A DNA stretch of 64,000 nt from a virus, in the IMG/VR virus record IMGVR_UViG_3300031963_012969; one strand, given 5' to 3'. The first letter of the stretch is position 1, and the number at the start of each line of letters is the position of its first letter. A model generated the notes under the pieces. That model was given only the letters and a program-made list of their open reading frames with translations. It did not search any database and was not told the DNA's origin. The position numbers were made by a program, and so were the translations under genes. Positions 1 through 10,191 of the stretch are shown piece after piece.

Positions 1-101
1 GTGAAGTCAGTTGCGACTTCAGCAGCCTTATTGAGATCGTTCGAGGCGATCTTCTCCATGAATTTATCATTAATAAGTTTAGCTGGGATATTAGTATTCA
101 T
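1..101 (-). CDS. Probable major capsid protein, N-terminus only (runs off the window)
   Basis: Manual translation from ATG at 101: MNTNIPAKLINDKFMEKIASNDLNKAAEVATDF. Strong GGAGGA RBS at 111-116. Last in the order protease-scaffold-decoration-capsid. Confidence 0.6.
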   Translation of the reverse strand, partial: MNTNIPAKLINDKFMEKIASNDLNKAAEVATDF

Positions 102-118
102 TTTAAATTATCCTCCAA

Positions 119-595
119 TTATTTGGTTCTGTTTTCTCTTGGAACAAACGTAAGATACGTTTTTGTACCCAAGGAGTATGGTGCACGTGTAACAGTACCA
201 ATAACAACTTCAGTGCTGGCAGCAGCGCAAAGTTGACCATTTTTGGCGGTAAGCTCTGTTCCAACATTGAATGTGTCAGAGGTCTTATAATTGGTTGTTT
301 CGATTTCGAGGGCATTGTTAAACCCAATTCCATGAATAGCGCCATATGGTAATTGACGGTAGCTGGATGGGCTGTGAGATCCACGATTTGTGGATGGGTC
401 TGCGCTATCAACCATTATGATAAATGGAAGAGCGCTGATTGTTGTCGTAGCTGGTTTAGACCATTTGCCTGTTGAATCCACAACAGCGACATCACCCTGA
501 GAGAGGGTAACACCTGTAGCGGCTGCAAGGCTTTTCTCTACGACGGAAGGATTTGGCCAACCCTTCACGATATTTACATTAACTTCGAGAGACAT
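119..595 (-). CDS. Probable capsid decoration/cement protein
   Basis: 158 aa, beta-rich, immediately upstream of the putative capsid gene; 'F-NVGTELTAKNGQL...VIGTV' resembles beta-tulip decoration proteins. Confidence 0.55.
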   Translation of the reverse strand: MSLEVNVNIVKGWPNPSVVEKSLAAATGVTLSQGDVAVVDSTGKWSKPATTTISALPFIIMVDSADPSTNRGSHSPSSYRQLPYGAIHGIGFNNALEIETTNYKTSDTFNVGTELTAKNGQLCAAASTEVVIGTVTRAPYSLGTKTYLTFVPRENRTK

Positions 596-631
596 TTTTT
601 GTTTCCTTTTTTTAAGTTTTGCTCCTACTTC

Positions 632-670
632 ATGTTACTCATGTAACATCGTCTCGTGAGCCTGACGAGA
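632..670 (-). promoter_or_regulatory. Two tandem hairpins in the leader of the decoration/capsid genes
   Basis: atgttac-tcat-gtaacat (632-649) and tctcgt-gagcctg-acgaga (652-670). Confidence 0.4.
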
Positions 671-741
671 TCAACTTAAACTCTTGAATAAATTGATTTT
701 TAATATTTTGTTATATTAATTAAAAATAATCAATACTTTTA

Positions 742-1134
742 TTATCCTTCCATCACTAATTTCTCAAATGGATCTAATTCCGAAAGAGACTGCAAGTTGC
801 TTGGTTGCCCAAAGCTTTCGGCTTTAAGCTCAGAAGCAACTTTGTCTAACACGTTAAAGATTTCAGTTGGGTTATCAGCAATTGAAGAAACAAATGCTAC
901 TTTATTCGACTCCTCTAATATACCTCTTGTAACTAAAGTGTCGGCTATTTTATTTAATCCAGATCTAAAGCTTTCTTTCTCAGAAGAAGCAATTTTTTCG
1001 AGTTGTTCGGCTTTTTTTACTGCACTTTCATAAAGCGGCTCGATTTGCTTGAGTTTTTCTTGATCCTTAAATGCTGGGATAGCTTGTTCAGCAAGCTTCG
1101 CAGCATTTTCGATTAATTCTTTAAAATTATTCAT
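742..1134 (-). CDS. Helical head-assembly (scaffold-like) protein
   Basis: 130 aa, coiled-coil-like, with KLA/KIAS/KIAD/KVAS motifs; located in the head module. Confidence 0.5.
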   Translation of the reverse strand: MNNFKELIENAAKLAEQAIPAFKDQEKLKQIEPLYESAVKKAEQLEKIASSEKESFRSGLNKIADTLVTRGILEESNKVAFVSSIADNPTEIFNVLDKVASELKAESFGQPSNLQSLSELDPFEKLVMEG

Positions 1135-1155
1135 ATTTATTTAACTCCTTTTTAA

Positions 1156-2814
1156 TTAAGCAGCCTGTGGTGGAACTGGAGCTTGGGCCTCAGGTTCAGC
1201 TGGGGCGGATTGAGCTTCTTCGCCTCCACCAGATAATCCTAACTCTTGTAACACCTGCATAGCTTCTTCTTCGCTAATTTGTCCAGATTGAAGAAGTGCT
1301 TCAAGAGCTTGAAGAATTTGCTGAACTTCAGGTGGAACATTAGCTATTTTTTGCTCTCTCTCTTGAGCCACCTTGCTCAAAATGGCGTTCTGAATATTTT
1401 CCTGTTCCATTGCCGACTTGATCAATTTAGCGTCTTCAATGGCTGCCTGATTAAGGTAATCAGTGATTTCAGAATCTGTTTTTCCAGCTTCTTTCAATTC
1501 AGCAACTTTATCGCAAACCATTTTATCAATAGCTTGATTTAATTCATCTTGCTGTTGCGCTGTCTTAAAATATTCTTGTATTTCTTGAGTTGAATAACCA
1601 AGTTCAACAAGCGCAGCAAGTTTTCTATTTGCTTCATCAGCTGCTATATTTTGAGCTGTTTCTCCGTTAATAATTTGAGCGTCATTTTCAGCAGCTTGCT
1701 TAACAAGTTCTGTTATTTCTTCATCCGTTTTACCTTCGGAAACCCACTCAGCAACCTTGCTATTGATATTGGACTCAATCTCTTTGATCTCTTGTTCAGA
1801 AAAGATAGAAGCTGTCTTAGGTTCCTCTTCAGATTCCTCTTGTTCTGTAGCCTCCTCTTGTTCTGGAGCTTCTCCTTCTGGAGACTGACCGCCTTCAGTT
1901 GCGGCCTGAAGTTGCATCAAAACTTGTTGTGCTTGTTCCTCGGAGATTTGACCTTCTTGAACTAATTCCTGTAAGGCTTGCAAAATGAGCTCTATTTCAG
2001 ATCCTTCTTCTCCAGCTTGTGGAGCAGCCTCTTCTGGGGCAGCAGCTGCAGCTTCTTCAGCCATTTTGTCTTCAAGTGTCTTAAACAAGAATTTTCCTAA
2101 TTCATACCCAACAGAAACATTTCTGTAATGTGTCGCAATTTTTTCGGCTAATGCGTCTTCATCTATTTCAATTGCACTAGGCTCTTTAACATCTTCACTC
2201 GCAACCTTAGATTCATCCTTTTTTCTGAGGGCTTCCAGGTCTTTAGAGTCAATCTTGTTATTAGAATTTACGTCAATTTTTTTTTGAGCTTCTGTCAATT
2301 TTTTTTCAGTAGCCTCTTTATCTTCTTTCTTGCCTTCTTCCTTTTCTTCTTCCTTGTCTTCTTCAGTAGAATCACCTTCATCTTCGGATGACTCTTCTTT
2401 TTTTTCCTCAATTACTTTTTTTAATTGCTCTGGCATTTCAGCTTGTTTCTCAAGCTCCTCTGTGGCGAGCTTGATATTGCCTAAAAGTTTGTTGACAAGA
2501 TCAGCGGCAGATCCTTCTTCGGCTATTTTGCTAGAAGGTGAGCATTCTTTTCTGGAACGCTCTTCTGTAGATGGTTCTTTTGTTCCTGGAGCCTTCTCCG
2601 TAGCTTCGACACCCATGGTCAAACCCTTATCTGAGTTCGAACCGGTTGCTTTTCCAGATCCTGGTAAAACCTGGTTAACCTCGGAATCGCTAGTGCCTTT
2701 AGATACGGACGTTTCATTATTTCCTTGCGACTCTTCAGCTGTTTTAGATTCACCTATAAACCTGCGAAAGTCTTCAAGGACTGTATTAAATTTGGGAGCT
2801 TTTCTTTTACTCAT
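1156..2814 (-). CDS. Acidic scaffold/prohead core-like protein
   Basis: 552 aa, very E/Q-rich, with many KxA motifs and internal repeats; lies between the protease and capsid genes. Confidence 0.6.
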   Translation of the reverse strand: MSKRKAPKFNTVLEDFRRFIGESKTAEESQGNNETSVSKGTSDSEVNQVLPGSGKATGSNSDKGLTMGVEATEKAPGTKEPSTEERSRKECSPSSKIAEEGSAADLVNKLLGNIKLATEELEKQAEMPEQLKKVIEEKKEESSEDEGDSTEEDKEEEKEEGKKEDKEATEKKLTEAQKKIDVNSNNKIDSKDLEALRKKDESKVASEDVKEPSAIEIDEDALAEKIATHYRNVSVGYELGKFLFKTLEDKMAEEAAAAAPEEAAPQAGEEGSEIELILQALQELVQEGQISEEQAQQVLMQLQAATEGGQSPEGEAPEQEEATEQEESEEEPKTASIFSEQEIKEIESNINSKVAEWVSEGKTDEEITELVKQAAENDAQIINGETAQNIAADEANRKLAALVELGYSTQEIQEYFKTAQQQDELNQAIDKMVCDKVAELKEAGKTDSEITDYLNQAAIEDAKLIKSAMEQENIQNAILSKVAQEREQKIANVPPEVQQILQALEALLQSGQISEEEAMQVLQELGLSGGGEEAQSAPAEPEAQAPVPPQAA

Positions 2815-2874
2815 AATTTTTATATTTTTTGATTTTATTTTGTATTTAGTTTTGTGTCCACTCTTTTTTGAAGG

Positions 2875-4203
2875 TTAATTCAACATGAAAGCATTGAATA
2901 TTACATCATCATTAGCGGATATATCGTTTAAAGCAGCAACCTTGTAGGCTAGGTATTGTCTTACCATAGCACGAGACTCTGGCTTTATAGAAGTTTTTTT
3001 ATCATTTAACTCCTCGTTGTAAAGAACTGCTTTTTTTATTTTTTCGTCCTGAACATCGGGAGACAAGATAAATTTGTTTATTTCGTTTTTTGTGTTTTGG
3101 GTAATGGAAGTATTCCCATTACAAGATGAATCAAAATCATGAATAGATGCAATTTTTTCTAGATTAGAAGCCTCTTTCAACTCCAATCTTACACACTCAC
3201 TTATCACATCCTCTGTTTCGTCTATTAAATTTTTGAAATCATTAAATCTGGATCCAGAAGCAAGTTTATAAAAAACCCTAAACGGAAGTATAGATGCATT
3301 TTTAGATAAACAGCTAAACATATCTTTTGGGTTCTTTTTCTGTAGCTCCCTTATTGCAGACTCAGATAGATCTGTTTTATCTAAAACATTTTTAGGGGCA
3401 TTAATGCCGACTGCATCAATATATTTTTGTATCTTAGATAGCTTTTCGGCTATAGCTAACTTCGGGGTAGATAGAATTCTGTTTTCTATTAATTCCGCTA
3501 ATTCAGCCCCGCCCATTGGCTCACTTGTGTCAATACCAGCAATTTTAGCTAAATCCATAGCGATCATGTCTGCTCCGCGATCAACAAATGATATATCATT
3601 CCAATACCCATCTCTATTATATACAAAACATTTTCTTCCATCTGGCAATATCTTGTTTCTTCCAAATGGGTGAGGTGCCGCTTTTTTAACGTGAACACAG
3701 TATTCAGATGGCGCTTTACTTACATTTCCGCATATAGAACAAACATCATTATCACAATGCCACCCCATAGAAAACTTAACGTCTCCACCTCTTTCAACTC
3801 TACCAAGCCAATCAGCACACTTATCTATATTAGCTGCAATAGCTAATTCTACTCTTCCCATTTTTTCGTTATAAGCAGATTTAATTACGTCTCCATCTCT
3901 CTGCTCATGTGGGACTTTACTATTATGATGCCTGTATAATTTAGCTTTCTTCACGAAAGTTGGATGAGATTTTTTACAAACCTCCTCCTCAAAAGCATCA
4001 AAGTTTAAATTACTTCCAGTCTTCTCAAATGACCCTAAAGCAATTAGATGAATTATAGCGTGATTTTTAATTGGCTCTATGTCTCCCCAGCTATGTCTAA
4101 CAGACGAAGCTATCTTATCTCTCCTTTGTGGATCGTCAATTATTTGAACCAGATATTCTGCATCTGGATATTCGAATGAGTCGTTGAAAATTAATTTTCT
4201 CAT
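2875..4203 (-). CDS. Prohead maturation protease-like protein with a Zn-finger insert
   Basis: Motifs N-x-N-x-D-x-F, YRHH, FSMG..CSICGN..C.H and DISFV..GAD resemble herpes/HK97-fold prohead proteases; position next to the scaffold. Confidence 0.65.
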   Translation of the reverse strand: MRKLIFNDSFEYPDAEYLVQIIDDPQRRDKIASSVRHSWGDIEPIKNHAIIHLIALGSFEKTGSNLNFDAFEEEVCKKSHPTFVKKAKLYRHHNSKVPHEQRDGDVIKSAYNEKMGRVELAIAANIDKCADWLGRVERGGDVKFSMGWHCDNDVCSICGNVSKAPSEYCVHVKKAAPHPFGRNKILPDGRKCFVYNRDGYWNDISFVDRGADMIAMDLAKIAGIDTSEPMGGAELAELIENRILSTPKLAIAEKLSKIQKYIDAVGINAPKNVLDKTDLSESAIRELQKKNPKDMFSCLSKNASILPFRVFYKLASGSRFNDFKNLIDETEDVISECVRLELKEASNLEKIASIHDFDSSCNGNTSITQNTKNEINKFILSPDVQDEKIKKAVLYNEELNDKKTSIKPESRAMVRQYLAYKVAALNDISANDDVIFNAFMLN

Positions 4204-5151
4204 TTATTGAAATGCTGGTTGGTCAAAAAATTTATCCCCTAAATACAATTCATTTAAAGCCGGTAGTGCAGCGGCTCCAGCGATAGGAAGCAAACCCTTT
4301 CTTGATAGTGCACTCCGCAAAATCGAAAGAGTTGTTTTACTCAATGGACGTAAAATACTTGACTTTAGTCCACCCTTAAGTGCTTCACTAGCTGTAATTT
4401 TAACTCCACTAGCACGAGCCATTTCTTTGTACATTTTTTCCTTAATCGCTTTTGTATCTATTGAATTTATTAATTTATCTATTTTTTCTCCGCCAAAATA
4501 CGGGTGAGCGCCAACGGCTTTAATAAATTCATCTCCCCCATCTTTCCTGACGTTTTCCGGTAGTGCCGCCAAATTGTTTTTTGTTAAATAATTGTTTAAA
4601 AATCCACCGCCTGCAGCTCCACCAGTTGCTAATATTGTAGTGGGATTTATTATATCCTTTGCTTTATCTTTTAGAGTTTTTTTTTGCTCGCCTCCCCCAG
4701 ACACAAGGTTTTGTGTTACGCCGCCCAAGGTATTTAATATAGATGGAACAGATGCTCCAATAGCACCACCAGCAACCAATCCGCTAAGTGTTGAATTTCT
4801 TTTTCTTCTATTGAAATCTTCGTCTGTTTCGAATTCCCCCTTTGATGAAGAAAGATTTCCAAATAAACCACCCAATGCTGCTCCACCTAATCCACTCGCT
4901 ATATTTGCACCACCTGGAGTGTCTTTGATTTTATCTTTAGCGGAATTTAATCCACTCAATAAAATATTCTTTATTGAGTCTAGTTTGCCGGTTTGGGGGG
5001 ATCCAGCCGAATTGTCGGCTCTTTTTTGTCTTAAGCAGGTTAAAGCAAATTCACCCATTTCGGAGTCAAATTTTTGCATAGCTAATCCAATTTCATCACT
5101 GGCTAGTTTTTCATGCACTTTTGTCAAAACGTTTTCTAAGGTCATATACAT
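4204..5151 (-). CDS. Putative virion protein with glycine-zipper hydrophobic segments
   Basis: 315 aa; GLGGAALGGLFG, GLVAGGAIG, ATGGAAGGG; N-terminal EKLAS. Confidence 0.55.
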   Translation of the reverse strand: MYMTLENVLTKVHEKLASDEIGLAMQKFDSEMGEFALTCLRQKRADNSAGSPQTGKLDSIKNILLSGLNSAKDKIKDTPGGANIASGLGGAALGGLFGNLSSSKGEFETDEDFNRRKRNSTLSGLVAGGAIGASVPSILNTLGGVTQNLVSGGGEQKKTLKDKAKDIINPTTILATGGAAGGGFLNNYLTKNNLAALPENVRKDGGDEFIKAVGAHPYFGGEKIDKLINSIDTKAIKEKMYKEMARASGVKITASEALKGGLKSSILRPLSKTTLSILRSALSRKGLLPIAGAAALPALNELYLGDKFFDQPAFQ

Positions 5152-5167
5152 TTTGTAAAATTGTTAA

Positions 5168-5548
5168 TTAAATATTGGTTATAGATTCACTTGTATATGA
5201 ATCTTGTTGAGATCTAAGCACAGACATTGCATTTTGTATTCTTGTAGTTATTGTCTCAGCTAAATAATTAGCTCTGGTCTGAGCATCAGAAAATGACCTT
5301 TTATCAAAAAAACACACAAAAGGCAAAAACCCTCTTTTCACTTTTACAAATCTGTTTGGTAAAATCCAGTCAGCAGTTGGGCTAGGTGGCTGACCCTGTA
5401 CAGTTTCCTCTCCATAAAGACCTCCAACATTTATCTCGGGTTCACCAAATTTTTGAATTAGTTTATTGTCCTCCTCAGAAAAATCTTCATTTCTGATTTC
5501 TATAAAAAACTTTTGATCGGAAATATATTTTAATATTCTAGTCTTCAT
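5168..5548 (-). CDS. Hypothetical protein (structural module)
   Basis: 126 aa ORF with a 4-bp overlap with the upstream gene. Confidence 0.6.
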   Translation of the reverse strand: MKTRILKYISDQKFFIEIRNEDFSEEDNKLIQKFGEPEINVGGLYGEETVQGQPPSPTADWILPNRFVKVKRGFLPFVCFFDKRSFSDAQTRANYLAETITTRIQNAMSVLRSQQDSYTSESITNI

Positions 5549-7035
5549 TTTTGTGGAGTTTGACCTTGCCCAAGTTGTTTAGTTTTTAATAAATTGTTCT
5601 CTAATTCTACAAGTGAATTGGCAAAATGTGGATCAATTACTTGAGCTGTACCTTGTCTTAAGACAGACCTGGCTATATCCTTAATCATACTGGCATTAGG
5701 GGCTAACTGGATAAGTGCGTTGTAAGAGTTTTCTATTTCTGATGGATCTTGCTGAGATATAATATCGTCATTCATTAACTCCCTCAAGATAGCTTCTCTT
5801 TTTATGTTTTCTATCTCTTGTTTGTCTATTTGGTATTTTTTAGGATTATCTATTCCCCTTAATTTTAAGGAGTACCCATTTGCCGCTGTATCAGCCATAG
5901 CAGAATCTGAGGACATTAGTTGAGATTTAAAGTTGTTAGACATTTGATCTAACACCATTTTGCCTGGACTAAATATTTGTGGATATTCTGTGGGTTTTTT
6001 CTTTGTTTCCTTTTTGTCGCTACTATGTTTAGTGCTATTATTAACTAAATCTGAAGCGCTTTTGTTTAACTTAACTTCATTTTTTTTTAAATCACCAAAT
6101 ATAATTTGGTCAAAGTCAGAAATCAAATCTTCTGGGAATTCGGCAAATTTTTGAGTTGCTGCAATATTCCCTCTGCCTGGACTCCACAAGTAATTAGATG
6201 CTGATGCCTCTTTATTTATCCCGCTTGCATCGCAAATTAAGTTTCTCAATTCGGCTTCTTTTGCAGAACAATCTCTGACAAGACTATTAAATCCAGTCAC
6301 ACTGTTAGTGTACATGGACTCAGAATCAACCAACCCAGAGAAACACCTTAAAAATTTATTGTCATCGTAATTTACATCACCGGATAAATTCTCAGATAAA
6401 TCATCTATAGTTATTTTTGCAACCTTAGCTATCAAACCAAGTATTCTCCCAGCGGGTTTATTGTCTTGATACTCGTAAAAAATTTGAGCAGCATAATCGG
6501 CTACCTTCTCTCTCTCTTCGGTAAACTCAAGTATTTCTGAAGCTTCTTTCATGCCCTTGTAGAATGCCTCTCTGCTGTCTATGATTAAATCCCTCTTTTC
6601 ACTTAAATCCCTGTTTTGTTCATTAATAGCAAAGAACGCTGTTTTGATTCTGGATTCTAGTGGGATGGACGAGGTGCTTGCAATATCAAACTCTTCTTCT
6701 GAAGCGGTCTTAGACACTTCTTCAGTAGCAAGAAAATCATTCAAGTCCTCTTTCATTTCTGAAACAACAGAATTAGGAGCAATTTGAGTTTCGTTGAAGA
6801 CGCTATTTATTACTGTTTTTTTGTCTGCTATGTCAAAGTCTGCTGACTTGTCTTTAGCTATTTTTACATAAGCTTTTGTCTTCGCAGTATTGAAAGCTTC
6901 AATTACCCTGCTAATAGTCTCTGGGTTAAGTTCATGCTCTCTAGCTACTTTTATAATACTATCATTAGCATTTATACCAGAATTATGGAGTTTAATAGCA
7001 GAGTTAAGTGCTTTTTCAATACGCTCGTAAATCAT
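5545..7035 (-). CDS. Hypothetical virion-associated helical protein
   Basis: 496 aa; KVAR, KSAD, KTAS, KEAS, KFAE, KSAS motifs. Confidence 0.6.
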   Translation of the reverse strand: MIYERIEKALNSAIKLHNSGINANDSIIKVAREHELNPETISRVIEAFNTAKTKAYVKIAKDKSADFDIADKKTVINSVFNETQIAPNSVVSEMKEDLNDFLATEEVSKTASEEEFDIASTSSIPLESRIKTAFFAINEQNRDLSEKRDLIIDSREAFYKGMKEASEILEFTEEREKVADYAAQIFYEYQDNKPAGRILGLIAKVAKITIDDLSENLSGDVNYDDNKFLRCFSGLVDSESMYTNSVTGFNSLVRDCSAKEAELRNLICDASGINKEASASNYLWSPGRGNIAATQKFAEFPEDLISDFDQIIFGDLKKNEVKLNKSASDLVNNSTKHSSDKKETKKKPTEYPQIFSPGKMVLDQMSNNFKSQLMSSDSAMADTAANGYSLKLRGIDNPKKYQIDKQEIENIKREAILRELMNDDIISQQDPSEIENSYNALIQLAPNASMIKDIARSVLRQGTAQVIDPHFANSLVELENNLLKTKQLGQGQTPQK

Positions 7036-7059
7036 AAGTGTTTATTATATTAAGATAAA

Positions 7060-7956
7060 TTATAATGGTTGTGGAGAAAAATATGTCAATTCTTTAATTT
7101 CTTTTTTGTCTACTCCTCTTGATTCTCTTTCTTTATCTCCAATTATTTTTCTAACTGGGTCATCGTAGCTAAGCGTCGATGACACCTCTGTTATGCTTTC
7201 CCAAAGTGCTTTTCTGAATAAATCTGAATTTAAATTTTCGTCTCCTTGTTTTGTCTGCTCGGATAGACTTAATGCATTCGTATAGGATATGTGTCTATCG
7301 AAGTCACTTGGTCTAGCGTGATTTATTAATCTGACTCCAAGTATATATTCACTTGCCTGAAGCTCCAAGCAATTCTTCATTGAACTTACGAGCTTAGATG
7401 CAATGCTATCATTTACGTTTATTCTTCTCTGTAAAATATATTTAGCTGTTTCCCATCCAAACGCATATGAAATACCCATCCAAATTGAGCTTGCTACTAC
7501 ATCCTGTGGAGTTTCTTTCCATCTGTCGTACGGAGATATAATAGAATAAACAAAATTTTCGCTATCAAGGTACCTTGATACATCAAAAAATAATTTAAGG
7601 TAACAATCAATATTTTCTTCTTTTGTTTTAAACTCTGAAGATATTTCTTTAACTGTTTTTTTTCCAAGTAACATTGACTGTATTTGAGTTCCAAAACCCC
7701 TTGTGTGGTTACTTACAAAGCAGGAGTGAGCATATTTAACCTGTGGTAATCTACATGCCCCGTGAACTAGATACGAAAAATAGTCTATTACGTATTGGTC
7801 ATCCTCATCTTCTGGGATAACAACAAAATTTTCTTCTCCTCTAGTTAACAATTCTCTGTGAACTCTTCTATACTCAAAAGCTTGATTAGCCCTCCATGAT
7901 GGAGAGTAATCTGGGTCATCACTAAAATCTCTTGAAAATCTTTTAATGTTACTCAT
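7060..7956 (-). CDS. Hypothetical protein
   Basis: 298 aa ORF tightly packed in the operon; no motif recognised. Confidence 0.6.
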   Translation of the reverse strand: MSNIKRFSRDFSDDPDYSPSWRANQAFEYRRVHRELLTRGEENFVVIPEDEDDQYVIDYFSYLVHGACRLPQVKYAHSCFVSNHTRGFGTQIQSMLLGKKTVKEISSEFKTKEENIDCYLKLFFDVSRYLDSENFVYSIISPYDRWKETPQDVVASSIWMGISYAFGWETAKYILQRRINVNDSIASKLVSSMKNCLELQASEYILGVRLINHARPSDFDRHISYTNALSLSEQTKQGDENLNSDLFRKALWESITEVSSTLSYDDPVRKIIGDKERESRGVDKKEIKELTYFSPQPL

Positions 7957-9005
7957 GAATTTGTCCAGTCGCCAAGAACCCTCTGAGGAATATTTGTATT
8001 GTCTTTGAGGTGTTGGAAGACCCTTAGTTTATCCTTAGACGATAGTCCAGATATTTCATTTACTAGGTCTTTTCCAATTATGTCACCAAAAAGGCTACTA
8101 TCCATCATTGAATTCATTTGGCCACTTGGGCTATGTGAGTACATTAACGAGCCTGCTCCAGATAATCCCAGGCCAGCTGTTATATTGGGCGCTGAGTTGC
8201 CCACCATTTTTATCGCATTTCCACCCAGTCTAAGTAAGTTCGATGGGTTTAAAGAATTTTTACCAGGTTGAGGCTTGGTATATTTAAAAATGTTTTTGTT
8301 TCCAGTCAGAGTATTTAAAACTGGAGTTCTCTTAAGAAGGGTTATTGGCGCTCTCAAAAACTTTGAGGAAACGGCTCCAGCTCTATTAATTTTATTCGCG
8401 GCGTTAGTTAATTTTAAGGCTTTTGCCCCAGCTCCAGTGAATTTACTTAATAGCCGAATTCCCTTACCTGCAGTCCCCAGTGCGGGAATAAAAGACGAAC
8501 CAGCTAGTAAAGCATTACCAACACCAGAAAGAAGCTTTCCCCCAGCTCCAGCAGAGTCTCCAGAATAAACTAAGTTTGCTGATGACGACAAATCTTTTAC
8601 AGCGTCCACGGGTGGATCTAATACTATCTCTTTTGTTAATTGACCTAAAAACCCAGGAGTACTTTGACCTCCTGCAATTGATTGATCGTTTCCACTCTTC
8701 TTATAACTTTTTGACTCAACCATTTTTCCGAATCTAGATCCAACAGCCGTTCCAATAGAAGAAGAGATTAACGCCTTAATTAATATTTTTTGAACCTGCT
8801 TTTTGGAAGTAGGTAATATGCCCTTAGACATGAGCATACCTATTGGTGCCGTTATGCCGCCAGTACTGCCGTAAGCACCAAGTACATCTGCGCCCTGCCT
8901 CACAGACATTCCGCTTGGAGGCTCCATTCCACCATATATTGATCCACCAAATACTGGAATGAAAGACGCCGCGCTGGCTAAAAAATCTGATTTTTTATTT
9001 ATCAA
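7953..9005 (-). CDS. Basic Gly-rich protein with hydrophobic/amphipathic segments
   Basis: 350 aa; SFIPVFGG and SFIPALGTAGKG repeats, GLGLSGAG. Confidence 0.55.
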   Translation of the reverse strand: MINKKSDFLASAASFIPVFGGSIYGGMEPPSGMSVRQGADVLGAYGSTGGITAPIGMLMSKGILPTSKKQVQKILIKALISSSIGTAVGSRFGKMVESKSYKKSGNDQSIAGGQSTPGFLGQLTKEIVLDPPVDAVKDLSSSANLVYSGDSAGAGGKLLSGVGNALLAGSSFIPALGTAGKGIRLLSKFTGAGAKALKLTNAANKINRAGAVSSKFLRAPITLLKRTPVLNTLTGNKNIFKYTKPQPGKNSLNPSNLLRLGGNAIKMVGNSAPNITAGLGLSGAGSLMYSHSPSGQMNSMMDSSLFGDIIGKDLVNEISGLSSKDKLRVFQHLKDNTNIPQRVLGDWTNS

Positions 9006-9010
9006 TTTTG

Positions 9011-9850
9011 TTACCTTGTTCTTTTATTTCTGTTTAAGAAATTTTGATAATCTTGAATGTATCTTTTGTCGGCGTATATTTGATTTGGAGTTACATTTGA
9101 ATTCTCTTTGTATATTTGTCTAACTATGTCAGCCCTTCTTCTATCTGCAACAGATTTAGAATTGTAGCTTCCCATGACTTTAGACAAAAAGGCATCAGTT
9201 GGACCAGTAGATGTATTTACTCCAGCAGCAGATTGTTGATCTTTCCTGACTGGCTGCGCTCTTCTTACTTCAACCATTCCGTTTGTGGTATTCATTTTTG
9301 GGGACGTACCCACTGCTTTAGGTAAAAAGCCAGGTGCATCGTTTATAGCGGAATTTATATTTGCCTCGTTCTGAGTATTATATTGCTGTGTAGCATTTTC
9401 AACTAAAGAAGACCCTGAATTTCCTCCAAAAAATGAAACAGCGCCAGATGGAAGATTCTTATTTAAGCTACCCTTCATTGGAGACGCATCTGCAACCGGT
9501 AAATTATTTTTGAGGTAATTTCTTCTTTTTTCTAATCTTTTATTTTCGAGTCCCATTATAGCGCCTCTTGCAGCATCAGTGGGGCTTTCTTTACCGTACA
9601 GGTTGTACGCAAAATCTCTTGCTTTTCCAAGCATAGTATCCGTTCCAGTAAGTTGATCATAGAGTCCAACTCCACCAGCTCCAGTAACAGCTGCGCCGCC
9701 AATTCCAGCCATTAGCTTAGGGTTAGAGGAAATAGCCCCTCTTGCAGCGCTTATGGCCGGAGAAATAAATGGTTTAGCAGCACTAAATATAGATGCTGTT
9801 TTGGCTTCTTTAGTTAATGTATTTTTATATGTTTCGGTATATTTATTCAT
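9011..9850 (-). CDS. Putative virion cargo protein (MNKY-leader family)
   Basis: 279 aa; leader MNKYTETYKNTLTKEAKTA followed by GIGGAAVTGAGGVG. Confidence 0.55.
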   Translation of the reverse strand: MNKYTETYKNTLTKEAKTASIFSAAKPFISPAISAARGAISSNPKLMAGIGGAAVTGAGGVGLYDQLTGTDTMLGKARDFAYNLYGKESPTDAARGAIMGLENKRLEKRRNYLKNNLPVADASPMKGSLNKNLPSGAVSFFGGNSGSSLVENATQQYNTQNEANINSAINDAPGFLPKAVGTSPKMNTTNGMVEVRRAQPVRKDQQSAAGVNTSTGPTDAFLSKVMGSYNSKSVADRRRADIVRQIYKENSNVTPNQIYADKRYIQDYQNFLNRNKRTR

Positions 9851-9852
9851 AG

Positions 9853-10191
9853 CTAATTTAATGATGCAGTGGTTAAACCACTTAATTCTTGTAATCTATC
9901 TCTTAGCAATCTTGCATAATCAGACTGAAGGGATCTAGTAAAAACTGTATCTTTTTTAACGCCGTCTTCTAGTATCATGTCCTTTAGACTATTTGCGGTT
10001 CCGGTAATCTTATCTATTGGCTTAGTCAGGTCAATCATTTTTCCATGTGTTCTAGAGAAAATAGATTTAGGAGTATTTTTTACGGCATTATATGCGGTTC
10101 CAATAAGTTTAAGTGCCATATCACCTCTACCAGCCGTTTTATTAAGCTCTATGTCAAGCCTACTCAAATATGTATGTGTATCTTTGTTCAT
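9853..10191 (-). CDS. Putative virion cargo protein
   Basis: 112 aa; leader MNKDTHTYLSRLDIELNKTAG. Confidence 0.5.
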   Translation of the reverse strand: MNKDTHTYLSRLDIELNKTAGRGDMALKLIGTAYNAVKNTPKSIFSRTHGKMIDLTKPIDKITGTANSLKDMILEDGVKKDTVFTRSLQSDYARLLRDRLQELSGLTTASLN

